In this document: positions 25,206 to 32,730 of the stretch, in pieces
How the letters are laid out: every line of letters starts with the position of its first letter
Position numbering within the stretch: position 1 is the stretch's first letter
From: a virus
DNA length: 32,730 bases
Reading direction: 5' to 3' (one strand)
UHGV virus genome: UHGV-0207305
Made by a program: the position numbers and the translations under genes
Notes under the pieces: model-generated
The model's database searches: none
What the model was told of the DNA's origin: nothing
What the model saw: only the letters and a program-made list of their open reading frames with translations

Positions 25206-25776
25206 AGAAGCGATTGAGTGGATGGAGGAAACCATCCAAGACATAAACGAACTTTTCGACCAATGCTCGACAGCTTTGCAAGAAGAGATCACGGAGCAGA
25301 AAGAGGTCTTTGAGCTGGCCCTCACCGCCCTGCGCTCCATGCTGGAAGCTGGGGAGCCGTTGAGTTTGGAACAGCTTAAGCAGATGGATGGGAAACCGGT
25401 GTGGTGCGAGGATGTAGAGCGCTGGGCGATTGTCTCCGTTTCGGATGCGGGGAAATGGAAAGACGTCCCCTTTGCCTTGTTTGAGAAAAACGGTGGGCGG
25501 TTCGAGTGGAATGTAGAAGACCGTGAGCTGTCTCTCTACTCCTACCCTCCCGCTCACATCGACAGGAGCAAGTGGGAGCCGTGTGAACACTGCAAACCTT
25601 CCGATTACCCACCTGACAGATGGGGCGCACATGAGTTTCCTGTTGTCGGGAATGAAATTTATTTCTATGATACAGAGTATGGATGGGAAGGAGAAGAAAT
25701 CAAATACTGTCCGTGGTGCGGCCGCCCACTGACCGAAGAAGCCTGGGCAGAGTTGGAACGGAGGTTGAGGGGATGA
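25195..25776 (+). CDS. Hypothetical phage protein with a C-terminal zinc ribbon
   Basis: PLSLEQLKQMDGKPVW and YCPWCGRPL; AAGGAGG RBS. Confidence 0.75.
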   Translation: MKIEEAIEWMEETIQDINELFDQCSTALQEEITEQKEVFELALTALRSMLEAGEPLSLEQLKQMDGKPVWCEDVERWAIVSVSDAGKWKDVPFALFEKNGGRFEWNVEDRELSLYSYPPAHIDRSKWEPCEHCKPSDYPPDRWGAHEFPVVGNEIYFYDTEYGWEGEEIKYCPWCGRPLTEEAWAELERRLRG

Positions 25777-26042
25777 GCGAGTGGATCAGCGTTAAGGAAC
25801 GGTTGCCGAACGAAGAAGATGATGTTTTAATCCTTGTCAGAGAGATTGAACATTACGGCAGGCATCACGAAAAAAGGAAAGTGTATTATTGGCAGTATGT
25901 CGGATGGCGTGTAGATGAAAAATGGGCTACAACATATTGCCATGGCTTTAGGTACATTGATGACGAAAACGAAAAGGACCCCAGATGTGAGCACGAAGTC
26001 ACCCACTGGATGCCGCTGCCGGAACCGCCGGAGGAGGGGTGA
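25773..26042 (+). CDS. DUF551-like protein
   Basis: MSEWISVKERLP...VTHWMPLPEPP signature. Confidence 0.88.
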   Translation: MSEWISVKERLPNEEDDVLILVREIEHYGRHHEKRKVYYWQYVGWRVDEKWATTYCHGFRYIDDENEKDPRCEHEVTHWMPLPEPPEEG

Positions 26043-26387
26043 ATGATGAGATGTTGCGAGTGTGAATTTAAAAGTCAGTGTGACGAAAGCGAAACAGTGT
26101 TGACGGCGTTTGTTCGTTGCTATAAAAGAGACCGGCTTTTGGAAGAGAAAAAAACAAAAATCGACCGAATTCAAGCAATGTCGGATAAGGAAAAAGAACT
26201 GACCGCCCAGCTGCGCCGGATGTCTGTGGAGACTGGTAGCCTGATGTGCCTGGGCTGCGGATATGAACACAACTGCGATATCCATGGCTGCGCATTGCTG
26301 CGGCAGGCTGTGGAGACCATCGAGAAACAGGCCGCTGCCATTGAGGACTTGAGAGAGCACGAGTGCAGCGGGTTGTTGGAGGAATAG
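26043..26387 (+). CDS. Cys-rich hypothetical protein
   Basis: GGAGGAGG RBS; CLGCGYEHNC..HGC. Confidence 0.7.
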   Translation: MMRCCECEFKSQCDESETVLTAFVRCYKRDRLLEEKKTKIDRIQAMSDKEKELTAQLRRMSVETGSLMCLGCGYEHNCDIHGCALLRQAVETIEKQAAAIEDLREHECSGLLEE

Positions 26388-26388
26388 C

Positions 26389-26679
26389 ATGAACATCCAG
26401 AAGAAAATGATTCGCCAACGGGCGGAAGAACAGGTAGACCGTAAAGTGGGCGGATATTATGACGCCGGAATTATGCTGGGAATTAATTTTGCTGCTTTGG
26501 CTCTCAATCGCCGTTTCGGGTTTGGCAAAAAGCGCCTGACAGAGCTGCAAAAGGAAATCAATACCCTGATTGATGAAATTGTGCAGGGCGCGCCGCAGAT
26601 GACGGCAGAATATCGGCAGAATCTGGAGCACGGAATCCAGAAGTTGGACAAGGCTGTCTCTCAAATCATGAAAGAATAG
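26389..26679 (+). CDS. Hypothetical phage protein
   Basis: ALNRRFGFGKKRL motif common in Firmicutes prophages; GGAGG RBS. Confidence 0.72.
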   Translation: MNIQKKMIRQRAEEQVDRKVGGYYDAGIMLGINFAALALNRRFGFGKKRLTELQKEINTLIDEIVQGAPQMTAEYRQNLEHGIQKLDKAVSQIMKE

Positions 26680-26793
26680 CCGAAAAGCTTAGTTGTGCGC
26701 CTGTTTGAGCCACGAAAACAAATCCAGAGAGTAATTTGACCAGTAAAAAAACAAACGCTTATACGGCCTTGTAGAGCCTGTTTTAGAGGAGGA

Positions 26794-27216
26794 ATGAAGA
26801 TGCCCACCCCAGAGAATGAACAGAAGATTCGGTACCTGTCCCGCTATCGGCGAATGAGCAAACGGATTGACCGGCTCCTGGAAGAGCAGAGCCGATGGCG
26901 GGAGATGGCTTTGAAAATCACGCCGGTACTGTCCCAGACTCCGGGAGGCGGCGGAAGTGGCAGCCCTATCGAGCGTCCCATGGACAAGGTGCTGGAAATT
27001 GATGTGGAGATCAAGCGGGAGATTGACGAGCTGCAAACTGTCCGACAGGAAATCCGTGCCGCACTGAATCAACTGGAAGACGAAAACCTGAAGCTGCTTA
27101 TGGAATACCGGTACATAGACGGGATGACCTGGGAGCAAATCGCGGTGAAGATGCACTATGGATTTCAATGGGTATGTAAACTTCACGGACGAGCCCTAAA
27201 CCGCCTCAAGGTATAA
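26794..27216 (+). CDS. ArpU/RinA-like late transcriptional activator (sigma-70 region 4-like HTH)
   Basis: YLSRYR...LLMEYRYIDGMTWEQIA...LHGRAL; last early gene before the terminases. Confidence 0.85.
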   Translation: MKMPTPENEQKIRYLSRYRRMSKRIDRLLEEQSRWREMALKITPVLSQTPGGGGSGSPIERPMDKVLEIDVEIKREIDELQTVRQEIRAALNQLEDENLKLLMEYRYIDGMTWEQIAVKMHYGFQWVCKLHGRALNRLKV

Positions 27217-27218
27217 AG

Positions 27219-27254
27219 AAGCGATAGAAAGCGATATTCGGTCTATGATATGAT
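27219..27254 (+). promoter_or_regulatory. Putative activator-dependent late promoter
   Basis: AAGCGATA direct repeats 10 bp apart (27219, 27229) in place of a -35 box; TGaTATGAT extended -10. Confidence 0.55.
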
Positions 27255-27342
27255 TTATGTGGGAAGTCTCTCATGGAAAATGTACCTCCTCAGTCCCCAA
27301 AACTATGCCGCCGGGTTTTCCTCTTGTCCCGGCGGCGTATAT

Positions 27343-27408
27343 GCGGCGGCTGGTGCATACAGCTTGCAACGCTCTGTATTTTGGGTTTGATTCCCACTCG
27401 CCGCTCCA
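27343..27408 (+). ncRNA. D-armless tRNA-like RNA (GCA loop, U discriminator, CCA)
   Basis: 7-bp acceptor stem GCGGCGG/TCGCCGC plus TCCA; T arm TGGG-TTTGATT-CCCA; loop TTGCAAC. Confidence 0.55.
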
Positions 27409-27438
27409 AGTACACATCCATTTGGTACACTCCTACTC

Positions 27439-27473
27439 AAAAGCAGTCCGGTTTTTCCGGGCTGTTTTTGTTT
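27439..27473 (+). terminator. Terminator-like hairpin in the late leader
   Basis: AAAAGCAGTCCGG/CCGGGCTGTTTTT followed by GTTT. Confidence 0.6.
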
Positions 27474-27495
27474 GCACAGATTTGAGGTGATTGCT

Positions 27496-27726
27496 TTGAC
27501 CGTATGCCCGCTCAATGGAAATTGTATCTATAACCACCGTATCGACACCGGGGTGAATTTTTGCGGGCGTTCTGCCTGTGCTTACCCTGATTTGCAACGT
27601 AAGGCGCTGATAAAAGCCGCTGCACAGATTAGGAAATACCCGGAGCGGGGTGAAGAAGCAGACAGGAGACTCAAAAAATATTTGGCATATTTGCAAGCGC
27701 TCAACCACCGGGGCGGTGATCCGTAA
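27496..27726 (+). CDS. Cys-containing hypothetical protein
   Basis: GAGGTGA RBS with TTG start; TAATG coupling to terS. Confidence 0.55.
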   Translation: MTVCPLNGNCIYNHRIDTGVNFCGRSACAYPDLQRKALIKAAAQIRKYPERGEEADRRLKKYLAYLQALNHRGGDP

Positions 27727-28136
27727 TGTTGACGGAACAACGAAAAAGATTCGTTGAAGAGTATCTGAAGCTCCACTGCAAAAATGCCACACAAGCAGCT
27801 GCCAATGCAGGATACAGTCCTAAAACGGCTGCTTCACAGGCATCTATGATTCTAAAAGATTCTGAAGTTCAGGGATATCTAGAGCAGCAAAAAAAGCAGA
27901 TAGAATCAGAGTTGCGCCAGGAATTCGTCTTTGGGGCTTCAGAGGCATATCGGGTTATGCTGGAAATCCTACAGAATCCAGAATCACGGGATATTGACAA
28001 GATCAGCGTGGCGAAGGATTTTCTGGATCGAGCAGGTTTTAAACCGCAGGAGAAGATGGAAATTTCTGTGCCGGTGGAAGAAACAGCAAAGGAGCTGACG
28101 GAATACCTTGAACAGCGAAAAAAAGGCGGTTCTTGA
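27726..28136 (+). CDS. terS: Terminase small subunit
   Basis: LTEQRKRFVEEYL..NATQAA..AGYSPKTA motif. Confidence 0.93.
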   Translation: MLTEQRKRFVEEYLKLHCKNATQAAANAGYSPKTAASQASMILKDSEVQGYLEQQKKQIESELRQEFVFGASEAYRVMLEILQNPESRDIDKISVAKDFLDRAGFKPQEKMEISVPVEETAKELTEYLEQRKKGGS

Positions 28137-29376
28137 CCTGCTGTATGAGGAGCCGGTAAAAATTGGCCATTGGGTGGGCTTCGAAAAACTGGAAGAAATC
28201 CACAATCAATGGCTGCGTTCTTTTCTGTATGCAGAAGAAGACCAAACACTGCTGGGCCATCGAGGCTCCTATAAAACCACCACCCTTTCCCTCTTTCTGG
28301 CAGAGCACCTAATTCTTAAACCGCAGGAAAATGTCCTGTTTTTTCGCAAGACTGACCCAGATGTTTCGGAAGTAATCCGCCAGACACAAAAGATCCTGCT
28401 TTCCTCGTTTGTACAGCGAATTGTCTGGATTTTGTATGGCGTAAACCTGACGCTGACGAAAGCCACCGATTCCGAAATCAATACAAATCTGGCGTTTTCT
28501 TCTCGGGGTGTTTCGCAGATTCTGGGGTTGGGTATTGGCACCAGCATCACTGGAAAGCACGCGGATATTGTTGTGACGGATGATATCGTCAATCTGAAAG
28601 ACCGTATCAGCCGTGCGGAACGGGAACGCACTAAAATTCAGTATCAGGAGCTGCGGAACATCTGCAACCGGGGTGGACGTTTTATCAATACCGGGACGCC
28701 CTGGCATAAAGAAGATGCCATCTCCACCATGCCCAATGTCACAAGGTACGACTGTTATTCCACGGGGTTGATTTCACGCCCAGAGCTGGAAGAATTGCGG
28801 AAATCCATGTCGGACAGTCTATTTGCGGCCAACTACGAGCTGAAGCACATTGCCGATCAGGATGCCATGTTTCATGATCCCATTTTTACTTCGGAGGAAA
28901 CGCTATTGTATAATGGCGTGGGCCATGTGGATGCGTCCTATGGCGGAACAGATGGCACAGCTCTGACCTTCCTGAAAGCCGTTCCAGGCGGATATGTGGG
29001 ACTGGGCAAACTCTGGCAGAAACACGTTGACTACTGCCTGGCAGATATTGCAGACCTGCACAGACGCTTTCGTATTGGCACTATTGCTTGCGAAGACAAT
29101 GCTGACAAGGGGTATTTGCGAAAGGAACTGCGGGCACTGGATATTCCAACTGTCGGTTATCACGAGAGTATGAATAAGTTCGTGAAGATTTCCACCTACC
29201 TGCGCAAACATTGGGCCAGTATCCGTTGGCTGGAAGAGACAGACCCGGAATATATCGACCAGATATTGGAGTATTCCGAGTTTGCGGAACACGATGATGC
29301 GCCGGACAGCGCCGCCACACTGCTGCGCCGAATTACCGGGAAAATTACTATGAATTCCGTGAAAGGAGGGATATGA
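28108..29376 (+). CDS. terL: Terminase large subunit
   Basis: HRGSYKTT (Walker A), IVVTDD (Walker B), GTPWH, VDASYGG and HDDAPDS nuclease motifs. Confidence 0.92.
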   Translation: MNSEKKAVLDLLYEEPVKIGHWVGFEKLEEIHNQWLRSFLYAEEDQTLLGHRGSYKTTTLSLFLAEHLILKPQENVLFFRKTDPDVSEVIRQTQKILLSSFVQRIVWILYGVNLTLTKATDSEINTNLAFSSRGVSQILGLGIGTSITGKHADIVVTDDIVNLKDRISRAERERTKIQYQELRNICNRGGRFINTGTPWHKEDAISTMPNVTRYDCYSTGLISRPELEELRKSMSDSLFAANYELKHIADQDAMFHDPIFTSEETLLYNGVGHVDASYGGTDGTALTFLKAVPGGYVGLGKLWQKHVDYCLADIADLHRRFRIGTIACEDNADKGYLRKELRALDIPTVGYHESMNKFVKISTYLRKHWASIRWLEETDPEYIDQILEYSEFAEHDDAPDSAATLLRRITGKITMNSVKGGI

Positions 29377-30752
29377 TGAAAATTCAAAATTATATGATGG
29401 GTGGCGTGTTTGTCATTGCCGATGATGTGGAGTTGACGCCCCGGCTGTTAGATGAATACATCTCTTGTCACCGTCAGTTGGTGGCGTCAAAGTATCAGCG
29501 CTTAAAGGACGCTTATGAGGATAAGTATCAAATACTGTCCGCACCGAAAAAGCCGGATTACAAGCCGGATAACCGCATCCCGGTGAACTTTGCCAAGTAT
29601 ATCGTGGATACGATGAACGGCTTTTTTATGGGCATCCCCGTAAAGGTGACGTCGGATGTGCCGGCAGCCGGGAACTATGTCAATTTGCTGGATCAGTACA
29701 ACGATCAAGACGACAACAACGCGGAGCTCTCCAAAATCTGCGATATCTACGGTCACGGCTACGAGATGTACTATGTGGACGAGGAGGGCGAGATCGGCAT
29801 CACCTACCTGTCGCCCATGGAAGGTTTCATGATTTACGATGATTCCATCCTGGAGCGCCCTGCGTACTTTGTCCGATATTACAGAGACACAAATTTGATT
29901 CTTCGAGGGAGCTGGTCTGATGCGGCCAGCGTCACCTATTTCCACGAAGGAGCGGGCGGTCTTGTGTTCGATGATAGCCGTGCCCACGGTTTTGACGGCG
30001 TGCCGGCGGCGGAATGCCTGGAAAACGCCGAGCGGCAGAGTATCTTCTGGTCTGCCCTCCCTATGATTGACGCTTACAACAAAGCACTCTCCGAAAAGGC
30101 CAACGATGTGGACTATTTCGCGGACGCCTACATGAAAATCCTTGGGGCGAAGCTGGACACGGAGGAGCTGGAAAGCCTTCGCCGGCGGCGCATTATCAAC
30201 TTCGACGGAGACGGATCGGAGGGACTGGTGGTAGATTTCCTGCAAAAGCCCGATGGCGATGCTACGCAAGAGAACCTCATCAATCGGCTGGAACGGCTGA
30301 TTTTCCAGGTCAGCATGGTGGCCAATATCTCCGATGAAAATTTCGGCACATCTTCGGGAATCGCCCTGAAGTATAAACTTCAGGCCATGAGTAACCTGGC
30401 CAAGACAAAAGAGCGGAAATTTGCTTCTATGATGAACCGCCGGTATAAGCTGATTTTTTCTAACCCGGTTTCTGGGATGCGAAAAGAGGATTGGCTGAGC
30501 CTGCGGTATCAATTCACCCTGAATTATCCGGCCAATGTGTTGGAAGAGGCTCAGATCGCTGCGCAGCTTTCCGGGGTGGTTTCCAGAGAGACGCAGCTGA
30601 AGGTGCTTTCTGTGGTGGATGATGTGCAGGAAGAAATCCAGCGCATAGAAGAGGAACAGGATATGACGGGATACAGCACGGATTACCCCACGGGGAGGAT
30701 AGCGGATGACCTACTGGGAACGGCGGCAGCGGGAACTGAATCAGGCGCTTGA
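29373..30752 (+). CDS. Portal protein, SPP1 gp6-like
   Basis: DNRIPVNFAKYIVD, IDAYN, SSGIALKYKL and SRETQL motifs. Confidence 0.93.
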   Translation: MMKIQNYMMGGVFVIADDVELTPRLLDEYISCHRQLVASKYQRLKDAYEDKYQILSAPKKPDYKPDNRIPVNFAKYIVDTMNGFFMGIPVKVTSDVPAAGNYVNLLDQYNDQDDNNAELSKICDIYGHGYEMYYVDEEGEIGITYLSPMEGFMIYDDSILERPAYFVRYYRDTNLILRGSWSDAASVTYFHEGAGGLVFDDSRAHGFDGVPAAECLENAERQSIFWSALPMIDAYNKALSEKANDVDYFADAYMKILGAKLDTEELESLRRRRIINFDGDGSEGLVVDFLQKPDGDATQENLINRLERLIFQVSMVANISDENFGTSSGIALKYKLQAMSNLAKTKERKFASMMNRRYKLIFSNPVSGMRKEDWLSLRYQFTLNYPANVLEEAQIAAQLSGVVSRETQLKVLSVVDDVQEEIQRIEEEQDMTGYSTDYPTGRIADDLLGTAAAGTESGA

Positions 30753-32358
30753 GAAGGACGAGGCGAAGCTGAAAAAGCGGCTCTCGTCCTTTTATGATGC
30801 CGAATACCGCAAACTGGAAAAAGAAATTGCGGCCTATTACAGCCAGTATGGGGAGAACAACGTTATTGCCTACCGGCGGCTCATGGAATCCCTGCCGGAA
30901 GAGGACAAGCGGCTCTTGCTGGAACGAATGGACGATTTTGCGGAGGAATATCCGGAATACGCCCATCTGCTCCCAGTTCGGGAGAGCATCTACAAGCTCA
31001 ACCGCTTGGAGGGGCTGCAGCAGTCCATCCTTCTGCAGCAGCTGGAAATCGGCGCGGTAAACGAGGAAGAGATCCGGAAGCACCTGGAAAAGCAGGCGGC
31101 CCGGAACGCCAGCGCCGCAGCAGAGACTATGGGTTTCGGAAAAAACTTCTATGCGGAAAATTCTCAGCTGGTGCGGCAGATAGTCAATACCGCCTGGTGC
31201 AACGGAAAAAATTTTTCACAACGCATTTGGGATAATGTAGAAAAGCTTGCCGGCTATTTAGGTACAGACTTGGCCCAGGGCTTTGCCCGTGGGGACAGCT
31301 ACGAGCGTCTGACAAAGCAGCTCCGGCAGCGCTTCGGGAAAGTTTCCCGCAATGATGCATACCGGCTCATCTATACAGAGGGCACCTTTGTCATGAACGA
31401 GGCCCGGGCCGCTTCGTTTGAGCAGGATACGGAGGAATACATTTTCCGAGTGCAGTATGACGCCATCCGGCGTAACGGCTGGCGGGACATCTGTGATGAT
31501 TTGGACGGACAGACTTTCCTTTGGAGCGAGCGTCGGCCTGGTATCAACTTCCCGCCTATGCACGCCTGGTGCCATTGCACGGCTACGCCTTACGTATCTG
31601 ATTGGAATGCGTGGATGGACCGATATGTCCAGCGGCATGGCAGCGGGCAGGCGGAGAATACAAAAAAACGCATGACAAGCAATGACGATGATGATATAAT
31701 CGAAAAAGATTCTTCCAATTTCCGTAAGCTTGAGACAAGCAGACAGGTAAACGATTTCTTCTACTACGATGGAAACGAAAGAGGTTTAAAGGCCAGAAAG
31801 TCCAGTTTACATGGGCAGTGGCTTGACCATCTTTCTCCCGATGAACGTGACGGTATTTCATGGTACACTGCGGACGGCTATGGCGATATAAACGACTATT
31901 GGCGTAGGCGTAATGGGTGGGAATCTATACCAGTCGATATGGTTGAAGACGCAAGTAAACAAATTGATGCGGCGATTTCCAGGTTCACACTAAAAGAAAA
32001 TATTTTAGTGCAGCGAGGAGTAGATGATTTCTATGGTGCCTCGATTATCGGCGAAACAGATTGGAACGAAATTAGCGAAACAGTAGGAATGATTTTTCAA
32101 GAATCAGGCTATACCAGCACTACAGCTTTATTGAAGAACAGCGTTGCCACTGCAAAACCATATTTGTTTGAGATCGAGATTCCAGCAGGAAAAGGGCGCG
32201 GCGCATATGTCAATAAGCTTGCTGGACTAAACGAAGATGTAGAGTATGAGTTTTTAATTGCCAGAGGCAGTAAATTTAAGATTACCGGCGTTGAAATCAA
32301 CACTGAACCTATTCCACCGCAGACCATTATCAAAATGAGGATGATTGTAGATGAGTAA
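30706..32358 (+). CDS. MuF / SPP1 gp7-like minor head protein fused to a C-terminal ADP-ribosyltransferase toxin domain
   Basis: YWERR, FSQRIW and PPMHAWCHC MuF motifs; C-terminal YT..GY..IN, VQRG, GYTSTT and EYEFL (R-S-ExE) motifs. Confidence 0.88.
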   Translation: MTYWERRQRELNQALEKDEAKLKKRLSSFYDAEYRKLEKEIAAYYSQYGENNVIAYRRLMESLPEEDKRLLLERMDDFAEEYPEYAHLLPVRESIYKLNRLEGLQQSILLQQLEIGAVNEEEIRKHLEKQAARNASAAAETMGFGKNFYAENSQLVRQIVNTAWCNGKNFSQRIWDNVEKLAGYLGTDLAQGFARGDSYERLTKQLRQRFGKVSRNDAYRLIYTEGTFVMNEARAASFEQDTEEYIFRVQYDAIRRNGWRDICDDLDGQTFLWSERRPGINFPPMHAWCHCTATPYVSDWNAWMDRYVQRHGSGQAENTKKRMTSNDDDDIIEKDSSNFRKLETSRQVNDFFYYDGNERGLKARKSSLHGQWLDHLSPDERDGISWYTADGYGDINDYWRRRNGWESIPVDMVEDASKQIDAAISRFTLKENILVQRGVDDFYGASIIGETDWNEISETVGMIFQESGYTSTTALLKNSVATAKPYLFEIEIPAGKGRGAYVNKLAGLNEDVEYEFLIARGSKFKITGVEINTEPIPPQTIIKMRMIVDE

Positions 32359-32683
32359 AAAAGTAGAGCAGTTCCCATTTTATATCAACTACTTGGATGT
32401 CGATGATTATTGCTTTTGGCTAATGGACGCCTATGGTGAAGATGCCGAATTTATTAATTTGATAGATCAACATTATGATGGGGATGTAAAATGGGACAAA
32501 CAGGCTTATGATGCAAATGTTCTGTTGTTATTGCTCCGTCAATGTCTTGTTGACAATGGTTTTAAAGCAGAAGTGTCGGCGTGCGACAAAGTTTTTGCGG
32601 AAGAACGAAAAAACAGAGGGAAGAAAAACCCGTATATTCCTATGCACAAGCGCTGGAAAATGGATGGAAAAACAAAATCTTGA
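32351..32683 (+). CDS. Candidate immunity protein for the MuF-ART toxin
   Basis: Small ORF with an acidic core overlapping the toxin stop by 8 nt; same AT-rich composition as the toxin domain. Confidence 0.5.
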   Translation: MSKKVEQFPFYINYLDVDDYCFWLMDAYGEDAEFINLIDQHYDGDVKWDKQAYDANVLLLLLRQCLVDNGFKAEVSACDKVFAEERKNRGKKNPYIPMHKRWKMDGKTKS

Positions 32684-32708
32684 TAGAATCTATACAAACT
32701 AAGGCATG

Positions 32709-32730
32709 ATACCACCCACCGAAAGGCAGG
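32709..32730 (+). terminator. Hairpin completed across the circular junction (continues at 1-11)
   Basis: ATACCACCC (32709-32717) pairs with GG + GTGGTAT (32729-32730 + 1-7), followed by TTTT. Confidence 0.7.

Noticed and set aside
29502..30512. 336-aa minus-strand ORF
   Set aside because: Antisense shadow of the portal gene.

Overview
The window is an apparently complete, circularly permuted temperate siphophage genome, probably from a Clostridia-type Firmicutes host (inferred from gene content and ribosome-binding sites). Gene order: thioredoxin, Prp protease, scaffold, capsid, head-tail genes, tail genes, lysis cassette, intact attP (3' part of tRNA-Ser(GCT)), integrase, lipoprotein, CI/Cro switch, early recombination and replication genes, ArpU/RinA-like activator, terminases, portal, and a MuF-ADP-ribosyltransferase fusion with a candidate immunity gene. 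The two window ends join into one hairpin, which supports circularity. Main signals: (1) three tandem H-type RNA pseudoknots with compensatory changes abutting the scaffold Shine-Dalgarno; (2) a phage-encoded Prp protease coupled to a thioredoxin, with three NLQLF/A substrates including the tail tube; (3) a MuF-ART toxin, immunity and thioredoxin cluster; (4) two parallel antisense-sRNA cassettes; (5) a D-armless tRNA-Cys-like RNA in the late leader; (6) two predicted -1 frameshifts. All calls come from reading motifs by eye; no database searches or folding programs were run.
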